DNA of 21,003 nt from Octopus sinensis (GCF_006345805.1 NW_021823838.1:1-21003), one strand, 5' to 3'; counted from the first letter of the stretch, positions 10,195-21,003 are shown. Notes: generated from the sequence alone by a model not told the origin. Numbers and translations: made by a program.

Positions 10195-10330
10195 TCTGTT
10201 TTAGCCACTGAAGTGCGGCCATGCTGGGGTTCCGTCTAGAAATGTTTAGTCGGTCATATGGAATCCAGTATTTATTTTCTAGTCTACATTTATTGGTATA
10301 TAATTATGTAATCGAAAAGTTATGGAAGAT
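10195..10330 (-). mobile_element. Diverged SINE family B 3' fragment
   Basis: TGTTTTAGCCACTGAAGTGCGGCCATGCTGGGG..CCAGTATTTATT resembles 11745-11850. Confidence 0.55.
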
Positions 10331-10406
10331 TAGCATTACGGATGGTTAAGCGGTGTAAACGGTTGAACAGATCCATTTATACATGCATATACAGATAGAC
10401 ACTCAG

Positions 10407-10457
10407 ACATACATACATACATACATACATACATACATACATACATACATACATACA

Positions 10458-10487
<30 letters not shown>
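10407..10487. repeat. (CATA)n tetranucleotide microsatellite
   Basis: Near-perfect run. Confidence 0.95.
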
Positions 10488-10488
<1 letters not shown>

Positions 10489-10500
10489 GCACACATCAAC

Positions 10501-10734
10501 TAAGCGGTGAGCTAGCAGAATCGTTAGCACGTCGGGCCAAATGCTTAGCGGTATTTCGGCTGCCGTTACGTTCTGAGTTCAAATTCCGCCGAGGTCGACT
10601 TTGTCTTTCATCCTTTCGGGGTCGATAAATTAAGTACCAGTTAAGCACTGGGGTCGATATAATCGACTTAATACCTATGTCTGTCCATGTTTGTCTCCTC
10701 TATGTTTAGCCCCTTGTGGGTAATAAAGAACTAG
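10501..10734 (+). mobile_element. SINE family A, full-length monomer, tail type 3
   Basis: A-box-like TAGCAGAATCG, B-box-like GAGTTCAAATTCC, central TTTCATCCTTTCGGGGTCGATAAATTAAGTACCAGTT, tail ending CCCCTTGTGGGTAATAAAGAA. Confidence 0.9.
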
Positions 10735-11111
10735 GTACTACGTCGGTTGCGGTGACGAGGGTTCCTGTTGATCCGAACAACGGAACAGCTGGCTCGTGAA
10801 ATTAACGTACAAATGCGTATCATAGACATACATATTTCTATCTTTTTTACCTTAAAAATAAAATAAATATTTAACATAATAAATGGGTTGTATGACATAA
10901 TCCTAATGTTTTAAGTTTCTAATTTAGATAATGGAGTTTTTTTATAAGAAAAATTATTATTCTATTTATTTCTTAAAAAATATTGTTTAACTATATTTGC
11001 TTATTTATTTAACTATTGTCATTAACCTGAAGATTTTTGAGGGATAACAATCATTTCTAGATTAAGTTTAAGCAGTGGTATGAAAGTTTGAGATTTCCCT
11101 CATAGATTATA

Positions 11112-11696
11112 CAGGGTGACCCAAAAGTAGGTTTACAGTTATTCAACTATCTCTTTCATATCCATATATTAACAGCTGAGATATAATTATAAAAAGAAAA
11201 ATGAAACCATTATTCTATGCTAATTTAGTTAATTTTGTCAAGCTCCCTTTTCAGTTGATAATAAGAGACTACCTTAACGAAGCCTTTCCACAGCGTTGGT
11301 TTGGAAGACGAGTCAGCATCGAATGGCCACCACGTTCACCTAACCTGACACCAATGGATTTCGATTTGGTGGGAGGGGTAGTTGTAAAGAACAGGGTTTA
11401 TGAGAAGAATCCCAAAACAGTAAATGAATTAAAAGATTACATTTCTGACACATTCACTGAAATTGATGGAGATCGGTATTTGTGCCTCACTGTGTGTCAG
11501 AGTGTCCTGAAATGGTTTGAAAAATTTTGCAATGCTGAAAGAGGACATTTTGAGCATCTGAGAGATTAAACATTGTCTTTTTAAGATGTACATAAACAAT
11601 ATGATTGTAAGGTAGAAATTTAAATGTAATAAAATGTTTAAAAAGGAATTTGAAGTGCCTTCGTGATAATTGTAAACCTACTTTGGGGTCACACTG
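11112..11696 (+). mobile_element. Internally deleted non-autonomous Tc1/mariner-superfamily element (585 bp)
   Basis: 31-bp TIRs CAGGGTGACCCAAAAGTAGGTTTACAGTTAT (11112-11142) and 11666-11696 with 3 mismatches; TA duplicated at 11110-11111 and 11697-11698. Confidence 0.92.
11258..11569 (+). pseudogene. C-terminal fragment of a Tc1/mariner transposase (rosa/DD41D- or maT-like)
   Basis: IRDYLNEAFPQRWFGRR..EWPPRSPNLTPMDF..VKNRVY..P.TVNELK..GHFEHL; the WPPRSPDLTPxDF and terminal GHFEH motifs are typical; the N-terminus and first two catalytic Asp are absent. Confidence 0.88.
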
Positions 11697-11729
11697 TACA
11701 AGGTGTACCGAGAAGAGTGTATAATTTAT

Positions 11730-11963
11730 CTTTTCTTTTATCTTTTAGTTGCTTCAGTCATTAGACTACTGCCATGCTGGGGCACCGTTTCCAAGAATTT
11801 TACACGAACGAATAAACCCAGTACTTGAATGTTTTAAAGCTTGGTACTTATTTGTACGGTCCCTTTTGTCGAACCGCTGGATTACGGATAGGTAAACAGA
11901 CCAACTCTGGCTGACAAGCGGTGGTGCGGTAGGACAAACACAGACAAAAAACACACACACACA

Positions 11964-11965
<2 letters not shown>
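11730..11965 (-). mobile_element. SINE family B, 3' half
   Basis: Reverse complement: TGTGTTTGTCC..CGCTTGTCAGCC..CCGTAATCCAGCGGTTCGACAAAAGGGACCG..AAGTACC..GGTGCCCCAGCATGGC..TGACTGAAGCAACTAAAAGATAAAAG; related pieces at 7513, 10195 and 15785. Confidence 0.75.
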
Positions 11966-12022
<57 letters not shown>

Positions 12023-12029
12023 ATTATTA

Positions 12030-12362
12030 TTATTATTTGAGGAATAAATCCAAACTTACGAGGTAAAAAAATTCAATTTAGAAATACTAAATCAATTCCA
12101 CGCAATATATGTATATATAAAATATTAGAATAAAACCACATATTATCAATTCAAAATGAATAATAAAATTACTCCATCTAGAAAATTACATATAATAGAA
12201 AAGTTAAAATTAAAATAACAAAAATAGTATAATGTATATACATTATTTTATTTTTGTAATTTACTTAATCTTTACTTTTTATTGTTATTTTAATTTTAAC
12301 TTTATTATATGTAATTTTCTAGATGGTGTGATTTAATTATTCATTTTGAATTGATAGAAGGT

Positions 12363-12365
<3 letters not shown>
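12030..12365. mobile_element. AT-rich asymmetric fold-back element between (TA)n tracts
   Basis: Inverted arms ~12144-12229 and ~12273-12356 (TATCAATTCAAAATGAATAAT..CCATCTAGAAAATTACATATAATA..GTTAAAATTAAAATAACAA); unpaired extension on the left. Confidence 0.7.
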
Positions 12366-12390
<25 letters not shown>

Positions 12391-12393
<3 letters not shown>

Positions 12394-12601
12394 CTGTTGT
12401 GACTGGGGAAAGTCATTCTCTTTTAGTGCCTTATAATTTAACACACTCAGCGGTAACATTTCCGCTCATTGACTTATTTATTTTTCTAAAATTTTCTCTC
12501 TGTCTTGCAGCCTTTTCAACAACTATTGAAAATGTTGCTAGACGAAACGAAAATCATATGGCACTAAAAGAGAATGACTCTCCCCAGACAAAACAGAGTA
12601 T
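12391..12601. mobile_element. Fold-back element with ~40-bp terminal inverted arms and an internal hairpin
   Basis: CTGGGGAAAGTCATTCTCTTTTAGTGCC pairs with GGCACTAAAAGAGAATGACTCTCCCCAG; inner hairpin GTCTTGCAGCCTTTTCAA/TTGAAAATGTTGCTAGAC. Confidence 0.7.
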
Positions 12602-12661
12602 GCTTCAACACACGAACTCACATAAAGAATCTTGCGAAACAAATCTAAAAGCAAAATAAAT

Positions 12662-12831
12662 ATATGACGAACTTCTGTCAGATTCCGTCTAACGAATCAG
12701 ATCTCAAGTCTTTAGTCGGTCCGAGAATTTAGTAGAAAATCGCTTGCCCAAGCTGCCACACAGTGGAACTGAACGCAGAACCCTGAGGTTGGGAAGCAAC
12801 CGTCTTATCACGCAGTTACACCTGTGCTTAT
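12662..12831 (-). mobile_element. SINE family B, 5' half (tRNA-like head and CORE-like motif)
   Basis: Reverse complement has a B-box-like GTTCAGTTCC followed by GGCAGCTTGGGCAAG and GTTAGACGGAATCTGACAGAAG; homologous to 14515-14670. Confidence 0.7.
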
Positions 12832-13479
12832 GAATACATTTGATTTTTTTTTGTTCTTCCTTTTCTGTTATTTTGTATACATTAAATTAAAACTTAACGA
12901 AATAAATGATGAATATAAAATGTGAAAATGATAGATAGAAGGGGAGATAGTGGAGGGTCGGCGACATTTGACTTCGATAATGAGACAATGGGAGAGGGAG
13001 AGAGCGACGTAGAGAGAGAGGAACAGAGAGAGACGGGGAGAGAGATGGTGTGAGTGAATGAGTGAGAGAGAGGGAGAACAGAATTGCAATAGGGTAATTT
13101 ATGGCTTGGTCCAGGCAGTGATGTTGCCACAATACTTAAACCACTTCAAAGGTCTCGTCTACAGGAGCCGCTCACTAGCAAAACGATCAGATGACCAGCG
13201 ACATAATCGCCACCACCTCCATCTCCGTCACTTCTCCCAACCAACACGTCCAACACCACTACCGATGCGACCCGACACTTATTCTCAATTTTAAAAATAA
13301 AAATAAAGTAAATAAAGAAAGATAAAAAAAAAATAGATTAAAAGCATTTGCCGACACCTTTCGACCTTATTCTATTTCTTATCCTGTTTTTCATTTTAAC
13401 CCCCCACACCCCTCCTTCCCGCGCCATGTACACAGATACATCAGCCATTTGCTTAATTCTGTTGATGCTGCTACTGGGT

Positions 13480-13560
13480 TTGTTGTTAATGCTGTTGATG
13501 GTAGTGGTGGTGGTGGTGGTGGTTGTGGTGGTGGTGGTGGTGGTGGTGGCGTTGGCGAGG
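13480..13560. repeat. (GGT)n trinucleotide microsatellite
   Basis: Directly visible. Confidence 0.9.
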
Positions 13561-13925
13561 ATGGAAGTTTGTTTTTATTGTTAATATTTTGAAAGTTTAA
13601 AAAAAAAATTTCCTGGCCTTCTCTTCATGCTCACTTTCCCTCTTTCACTCCACTGTGTCCCTTTCATTTTTTCTCGCTCCTCCTTAATTCTTCTATCCCT
13701 CTGTCTCTACCCCTCTCTCTTCTCCCCCACGTGACCGATGTTCGGCCAAGACTGACCTTTCTTTCTTGGTTCGACTACCATCCGTGCAACATCTATATTC
13801 CTCCCTGTGCCTGTCAAATCGTATGTTCCTGTTGTAAGGCTTTACTTCCAAACACGCCATCTTAATTTAATTCGTCCTTAGTCGAAAGACACCTGTTGTT
13901 ATGTCCTGTTATTTGCATTTGTGTT

Positions 13926-14180
13926 TGTGTAACATTTCTCCGTTTTTTTTTACCGTCCTTGTTTTCGTATACATTCGCTGCTTTCTTCCAAGGAATCTAA
14001 TGTACTTACCTTAGTTTTTCCTTGAGGCTAGCCAAATTAGAGCAATATCGAGTATAACCGGTCGAAATTGCAAAGATAATCTGGGAATACGACTGAGGAA
14101 AGTAAACACCGAATAACCCGTCTTTGTTTTCTTTGTATCGTCTGTCTGGATGCTTTACGTTCTTGTCCAATGTTTGTATT
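13926..14180 (+). mobile_element. Dispersed repeat copy 1 ending at (TA)n, with hammerhead-like motifs (possible Penelope-like pLTR)
   Basis: Aligns with 18993-19238, e.g. GTATACATTCG..GCTTTCTTCCAAGGAATCTAATG, CGAAATTGC, GACTGA, CGTTCTTGTCC..TTTGTATT; may extend upstream to ~13720. Confidence 0.7.
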
Positions 14181-14364
14181 ATATATATATTGTTGTGTCT
14201 GCGGAGAGTTATATATCGTGTTAAAACATTATCTAACACACTCACTCATTCGATTTCTGTTCATTTATTATTTATATTTTGTTTTCTTCCAAAATATAAA
14301 AATAAATGAATGGAACACTCGAATTCTCATAAAGAATCTTGCAAACCAGATACAAAAACGAAGT

Positions 14365-14510
14365 CTATATATATGTGTGTGTGTTTGTGTGTGTGTATGT
14401 ACGTACGTATACACATGTGTGAGTGTATGTGTGTTTGTGTTTGTGTGTGTGTGTTTGTGTGTGTGTAAGTATGTACGTACGTATACACATGTATGAGTGT
14501 GTGTGTGTGT
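14365..14510. repeat. (TG)n-rich microsatellite
   Basis: Directly visible. Confidence 0.9.
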
Positions 14511-14514
14511 TGAT

Positions 14515-14670
14515 GTTGAGATGCTTTCAGTTTCCGTCTAACACTTGATTCACAAGGTATTTGTCATACCGGAGATATAGTAGAGAACCGTTGCCCGGTG
14601 TGATGGTACTGACCACGAAAACAAGTGGATGCGAAGCAAATTTATTGATCACACAACCATGCCTACGTGT
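14515..14670 (-). mobile_element. Diverged SINE family B 5' half
   Basis: TTTCAGTTTCCGTCTAA..CACAAGG..TAGTAGAG..TTGCCC..GAAGCAA..TCACACA parallels 12675-12825. Confidence 0.65.
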
Positions 14671-14832
14671 ATATATTTGTATTTTCTATATATAAGTGTG
14701 TGTATGTATGTGTATATGTATGTCATTATTCAGTTTGTTTTAAGAATTCTTTCCAAAATAGGAAAAAACGCTTTCTAACCTAGATCCACGGCTCGTTCAT
14801 TGGAATTTCAACATCAATAAAAGTGCATTTTT

Positions 14833-14895
14833 GTATGTATGTATGTATGTATGTATGTATGTATGTATGTATGTATGTATGTATGTATGTATGTT
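14833..14895. repeat. (TATG)n tetranucleotide microsatellite
   Basis: Near-perfect run. Confidence 0.95.
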
Positions 14896-15281
14896 TCTAT
14901 GTCAGCATGCATGCATGCATGTGTGTGTGCGTATGCATTGTATGCATATATATATAAACGTTATATAAAAGTTATAAGGATTTATACACAGAGAGGCGAC
15001 CCTTGACAGGACGCCTTACATGCTAGATAGTGCAGTCAAACTCAAATCATATATATTTCTTCTCTGCTAATTATATTGACAAACAAATAGTACTTAGTGC
15101 AGCTTGTGTTTCTGCGTCTGACAGCGATTATATACAGCATATTTGGGCTAAATGTGACGATTTTTAGGTCCTTAATTTCCTTTTCGGGAGTAGCTTGATG
15201 TGTTGGTGAAAAATCAATGGCGCTGGAGAGCCTGAAGGTTAAAGTTGTAGTTGAGAAACAGGACTGTAAGCCATCCATGTA

Positions 15282-15750
15282 TTGTCTTCTTGTCTTGAGA
15301 CAGCATTCACCCGGGGTGGGTTGAGCTGGCTTTATTCATCTTCAATGCTGCATCCCTCACAAACGCCGACCAGAACTGGCGATTTGAGGCTAACGACCGC
15401 GTGATCTCCAACCACTCCTTATTCCAGCGGCGAACGCCGTAGACATGGGGGCCTAGGTTAGGTTCCAGATCAGCCTTGACTGTCACCAGCCAGCTTTTTC
15501 GTTGTCCACCACATCGCTTTCGCCAACCCTGAAGGGGAGCTCGGGCAATTGCTTCGTAGATGTATTCTCCTGGTTGACGACGGAGGGCTTGACCCAGCCA
15601 ATGCAGACGTCTCGTTAGGATGACTTGTCGGAGGGAGGTGATTTTGCACTGGTGTCGCTGGTGCAAAATCAGTGCATCCGTGTATTGGGAAAGAGTTACC
15701 TTTATCATAAAGATTCGTGCCGAGGATCAACACGCTGACATCACGACTAC
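15282..15750 (-). mobile_element. 5'-truncated RTE-clade LINE, ORF2 C-terminus with short repeat tail
   Basis: ORF 15307-15708 has RRLHWLGQALRR (RRLRWLGHVLR motif), GWRKRCGGQRKSW..VKADL and LASNRQFWSAFV; the stop is followed by a very short UTR and a CAAGA-type tandem tail. Confidence 0.88.
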
Positions 15751-15784
15751 AGCTCAATGCCTTGGGAATTCTGTAAATGCTGTA

Positions 15785-15935
15785 AGACGTAACTTGGACG
15801 TTATGAAAATCAGTATAACTAACAGACTTAAAATGAATAAATTCCGGGGTTGGTTTTTTGGAGTTATTCTCTTCAAGACGGTGCCCCAGCATGGGCGCAA
15901 ACCAATAAATGAAACGAGTAAAAATTGAAAAGATA
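15785..15935 (+). mobile_element. Diverged SINE family B 3' fragment
   Basis: GAATAAATTCCGGGGTTG..CTTCAAGACGGTGCCCCAGCATGG..TGAAACGAGTAAAA matches the reverse complement of 11740-11790. Confidence 0.6.
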
Positions 15936-16719
15936 ATACATTAAATACGCATTTGTGGTTGTGTTTTGCGAAGTGTGTTTGATGTTTGTGTTTATACGAG
16001 TGAATTTGTGTGTATATGTTTCTTGGTTTGTTCATATTAATATATGAATGCATTCGAGTGTCAGTTTAAGCTTCTTATATTTCTGCACGTATGTTTTAGG
16101 AAGCAGATACATTTTCCTCTGTGCTGGAGTAACCATTAAGCAAAATAGGCTCGTGCTTATGGCATGAAAGGAAAGGTGGGAACCACAGAAATTGTAAATG
16201 GTTGACGGTAAAAAAAGAAATCACTTCAAATTTGCTAGAATTGTATTAGAAATGGTTTATAAGATTGGAATATAATTTCGAAGTGTTCATGATGTCAGAG
16301 TGAAGATCTCATCAAGGACTTTTCGTATACAAATAGTGGAAGTATACAAAAATGAACATTATTTTCCATCTTACTGTTAGTTTTGTTTAATTTTGAGATA
16401 TAAAAATTTATTTTATGACTCATTATTATTTTGCATTAAATATACATAGGAGTACCAAAACCTTTTCAGTACTTAGGACCTCTATGGGTCTTGATCCGTC
16501 TCTGATTTTCCTGCCTCTGTTTAGCTTGTCCTCCGATCGAATGGCAGGAAGACGTATGATGATATCTGCACAGAGAAAATTTCAGAGACTATCCAAGAGT
16601 TTGGTAATGCAAGCTAAAAAGATAGAACATGCTACACATCATTACCCACCCAAAACAACTTAAATCTCTGCTTTTAATAAACAAAAACTTTTGTAGTGAG
16701 AGATATATATTTGAACAAG

Positions 16720-16755
<36 letters not shown>

Positions 16756-16967
16756 CATTGGCTGCCGGCAAGGATTTCCATGGATTCTTTTATGATGTTA
16801 GACATTTCATTCATTCTGTTATTATGTTTATTATTTTCCATTTTCTTTTCTGCTTTTTATATTAATTTATTTGTAATTATTATTTTATTGTACATAAATA
16901 TAATACTTTGCTTATAAATATATATTTTGGGCTGCTTAACCTTTTTCACTATTTAGGATGTCAGACT

Positions 16968-17173
<206 letters not shown>

Positions 17174-17175
<2 letters not shown>

Positions 17176-17547
17176 AGTTTAACAATTAAGGATAATCTCT
17201 TAATAAGGGATCTTAACAAGAAATTATCGGGTAGTTAGCGTGAAAACCTCATAAAAGAAAAGAATTCGAAAATAATTTTTTTCTTTTGAACAAATTAATT
17301 ATATCTATATTGTATAGAGGGCATTATTACACATAAATGCCTCACACTAAGAGGGACAAAGTCATTACTACCAAAATTATACTAATCATACCTAAATGCA
17401 GTTTTTCAAAGCAAGACATTTAAAAAATGAATTTTTAAATGTCTTGCTTTGAAAAACTGCATTTAGGTATGATTAGTATAATTTTGGTAGTAATGACTTT
17501 GTCCCTCTTAGTGTGGGGCATTTATGTGTAATAATGCCCTCTATACA

Positions 17548-17552
<5 letters not shown>
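17174..17552. mobile_element. Near-perfect asymmetric fold-back element between (TA)n tracts
   Basis: 121-bp arms 17306-17426 and 17432-17552, 5-nt loop ATGAA, one mismatch (GCCTCACAC vs GCCCCACAC); ~130-bp unpaired extension on the left. Confidence 0.8.
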
Positions 17553-17619
<67 letters not shown>

Positions 17620-17689
17620 ATATATATATTTATGCATATACATGCAAGCATACCTACAATACATACATACATACGTGTTGTATAGTTTC

Positions 17690-18370
17690 AAATCAGACCT
17701 GTTCAAGCAGACCTATGATAAAGACGCTTTAGCCGTGGCCATCCCGTTTCTTTAGAAGTATCGAGAAGTACTTTATAATATATACCCTACCCTTCTGTAA
17801 TAATAATAAAAAAAATGATATTTCTAGCAGACTTCTTTTTATCATTGAAGCACCATTATCCGGCGCCCTCGTTGACCACAAATAAGGCAATGATCTAACG
17901 ACAGCTGTTTGGACTGTTGTGATGGATGCCCGAGAGAAGAGAGGAAGAGGCTGTGAATGGTACTACAAATGAGATGATGACCTGAAGTGTCAACAGAAAA
18001 CCCAGGGGTGTGGATCGGGTATATCAATGTACCTAGAAACGTCTCTTAATCTAAACATATATCTATTGTGTATAACCACTGCTGGATCGGTTCTAGATGT
18101 TATTTTTGTCATTGTTGTTGTCGCTGCTGTTGCTGCTTAGACTTCAGTCAATCCAGAAGGAACCCATTTATGATCAAAGGCATTCCAAACGCGATCAACC
18201 CGACTTTTGTATATATTCGCCACTACATTTGCCAAAGTGTCCTTCTGTAAGAGAGTATAAGGGCGATCTGAGAGCGATTAGGTTATCTGTTGCTTATCAG
18301 GTCGAGCGACCTCGTAAAGACTCCCTCTTTGACTTGTACAAATGAGGTGATGATATGAGGCGTCAACAGC
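17690..18370 (+). repeat. Cluster of diverged copies of an unclassified dispersed repeat (family C)
   Basis: GACCTATGATAAAGACGCTTTAGCCGTGGCCATCCCG (~17720) resembles TTTATGATCAAAGGCATTCCAAACGCGATCAACCCG (~18167); TACAAATGAG.TGATGA..TGA.G.GTCAACAG recurs at ~17964 and ~18337; weaker pieces at ~14990-15052 (-), ~18840-18920 and ~19330-19400. Confidence 0.45.
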
Positions 18371-18992
18371 AGTTCCGGTAACTACAAAAGTGTACAGAGA
18401 GAGAGAGACAACGTCGGGTCCCAAACCATATCTATGGTTAACATCATGTCTAGAATGGAGTGGAGATACATCCTTGTATATAAGACTACTAATGATCTCA
18501 TCATAACTACTGAGTTTCACTAGAGAAAGTAGGATGTAAATCTTTATAAATCCTAGAAAAAAAATTATAAATGTGTGCTTTGAGAATTCAAATAATGGTA
18601 GAGTTCTAATTTAATTTTCTAATAGTCTTGACAATAAGAAACTTCCTGTTCTCAGCAGTTCCTCTTGATTCTCGTGAGATTTTCCTTTCAGCTTGTGTTA
18701 ATTAAATTATTTATTAGAGAAGGTGACACGCTAAAATCCCGTCTCTCTGGAGTTCTGATGCTCGACCTTGTTCGTTTAAATTCTTGTGAATGCTATTTGA
18801 AAGTAAACGAGGTTGTTAGTTGTGGTTATCAGTATTGAGATTGTTGCTGTTTATCCTTCAGGCAGCTTCTCTCAAATAGATCTATCTTCGAACACATTAT
18901 AGGTGTGACCTACCTATCTTTATATATGTAAATATATATATATATTAATATTATTATTATTGGTTTTACGTGTTATTTTTGTATTCATATAC

Positions 18993-19238
18993 GTGTAACA
19001 TCGTCCGTTTTTCTGTCCTTGTTTTGTATACATTCGAAGCTTTCTTCCAAGGAATCTAATGCGCTTAGCTTGGTTTTTCCTTGGGGCTGGCCAGATTGGA
19101 GCAATCTCAAGATTAATCAGCCGAAATTGCGAGGATGATCCGGTTCTTGACTGATGATTGAAGGCTTCGAATGTCTCGTCCGTGGTTTTTGTGTCGTCAT
19201 CAAAATGTTTTGCGTTCTTGTCCCAGTTTGTATTCTTT
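18993..19238 (+). mobile_element. Dispersed repeat copy 2 between TA/CA microsatellites, with hammerhead-like motifs
   Basis: Homologous to 13926-14180; CTGATGA at 19151-19157. Confidence 0.7.
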
Positions 19239-19240
19239 AT

Positions 19241-19291
<51 letters not shown>

Positions 19292-19449
19292 ATAACTACA
19301 TTGACTAATGAGCACTTCCTTGTTTTATAACAGGCCAGGGTGTGATTTGAAAGATATTTGCGCGCTTTTTCTTGAAGGATGAGAAATCACGCAGTGACTT
19401 CATCACTGATGCTATAGCAGTTAAATGACAATTTTAATATTTGGAAACC

Positions 19450-19990
19450 TTAGTATCTCGGGGCCGTATTCACGAGCAATCGGAAGTCGGAGGCCGAATT
19501 TGATGCTCGAATTGCAGGTACTGGCGTAGTTATGAGCCATATCCAGCTTTCCAGCCCCAGACGAGGAAAGCTTTGTAAAAACGCCACATTCGCTATCCCA
19601 ATTCGGTTTTCGTGCGCGCATCCTCACCTATGTCTATGACTATTGGGTAATGATCGAAAGAGTGGGATCGCGTATACAAACGGCAGAAACGGGTTTCCAA
19701 GAAAAATCTCTAGAGTAACGTTACATGACAGGGTGCATAGCTCGATGATGTGGGAGTCTTTGAAAGTCGGGATGCTATTTCTCCGAATTGAGAGGTCACA
19801 ACTCCAGTGCTACAGACGATTGACATGGATGTTGCAGAAAAGAATGGCAAGATGAATCCTTCAAGCCAAGCCAACCGGCGAGAAACCTAGGAGTAGAACG
19901 AGATATTTAGATGATATCTGTAATTTCAATTCATCATTCTTGAGAATCCAGGTGCAAAGTGTAATGATGGTTGCTTCTGTTAGGGCTGTA
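19450..19990 (+). mobile_element. Decayed RTE-clade LINE 3' fragment (Expander-like)
   Basis: Across frameshifts: YLG/AVFTS..EAEFDARI..ILTYVYDYWVMIERVGSRIQTAETGF/RKISRVTLHDRVHSS..LRIERSQLQ..AKPTGEKPRSRTR, matching post-RT motifs of RTE elements. Confidence 0.85.
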
Positions 19991-20136
19991 TAAAAAAAAA
20001 TTCACAAAAAATGGGAAAAGTAAAACATTAATTCTGTAAGAGAATTGTATATTTTGTAAAATTCCATATTACAATGTTTTGGATAAATTTATTTGTAAAC
20101 CAACTGCGTGAAGAAACCTTGTTAATAAGAAACTTC

Positions 20137-20556
20137 TATATACATATACATACATATACTTATGTGTGTGTATGTGTGCATATGTGTGTCTATGTGTGTA
20201 TCTATGTGTATTTTTATATGTGTGTGTGTATACAAATGTGGAAATGTGCCACTCAACACACACACACACATAATATATATATACATAGATATGTATGCGA
20301 GTGCGTGTGTTTGTGCGTATATAAATTATATGTATGTATATATACTATATAATATTATATATATATAATATATATATACATACATACATATAATACATAC
20401 ATACATACATACATACATACATACATACATACATACATACAGACATAAATACGCGCGCACAGTCACACATGATAACAGATAGACACGCATACCAGTACAT
20501 ATAAGCTCGGAAATACACATACACTTTCATACACATACACTTACATATACATACAT
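20137..20556. repeat. Compound TA/TG/CATA microsatellites
   Basis: Directly visible. Confidence 0.9.
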
Positions 20557-20627
20557 TGGCCATAGATCGACCTCTTCCAAAATTTTGCCCCATTTTGATT
20601 GATCTGGTCAGTGTTATAACGACATTT

Positions 20628-20715
20628 AAAACAACAACAGCAACAGCAACAACAACCCGAGCAGCACCACCACCACCAACAACATCAACAGCAAAATCAA
20701 CATCAAGCACTGCCA
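20628..20715. repeat. CAA/CAG/CAC trinucleotide tract
   Basis: Directly visible. Confidence 0.85.
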
Positions 20716-21003
20716 CCTCCTTTCACGTGGCAAAATAAATCATTCATAGTGGCCATCCTTTGGTGAATACCATCGGCAAATGGCAAGCCGAGAAGCGAGA
20801 TCCGCGATATATTCTGTCTAGGAATTGCTCTCTGATGGAACTTCAAACCGTTCGACCTTTAAGGTATCATATTCTAATGTCAGAGACACAGAAGTTATTC
20901 CATAAATCACAAACAGCATTCCTCTGACCAACATTTTCCATTAATAACAATAAGGAAAGAAGCGAAGAAAGAAGGCAGGCAGGCAGCCAGCTAGTAAAGG
21001 ATG

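Noticed and set aside
10735-10815. Short segment after the SINE that looks like a fragment of another cephalopod repeat
   Set aside because: Single occurrence in the window and no diagnostic structure, so it cannot be classified.
12520-12555. TTGAAAA-stem-GAAA as a hammerhead in the 12391-12601 fold-back
   Set aside because: The core deviates at several invariant positions, and no cleavage triplet or stem I can be assigned from this copy.

Overview
AT-rich, microsatellite-saturated eukaryotic non-coding DNA (intergenic or large intron) with no recognisable host gene. The SINE families and repeat style resemble what I recall of octopus/cephalopod genomes; this is an inference, not a verified match. 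The window holds many copies of two tRNA-derived SINE families, a decayed full-length mariner (~4322-5597), an internally deleted Tc1/mariner-superfamily element with intact TIRs and TA target duplication (11112-11696), 3' fragments of two RTE LINEs and of an R4/Dong-like LINE, and long simple-repeat tracts that generate most of the listed ORFs. The most unusual signal is a set of four largely unrelated fold-back (inverted-repeat) elements beside or within (TA)n tracts. One has a minimal hammerhead-ribozyme-like fold with a non-canonical core on each arm, and further hammerhead-like motifs occur in other repeats. This points to Penelope-like or retrozyme-like retroelements that favour TA microsatellites.
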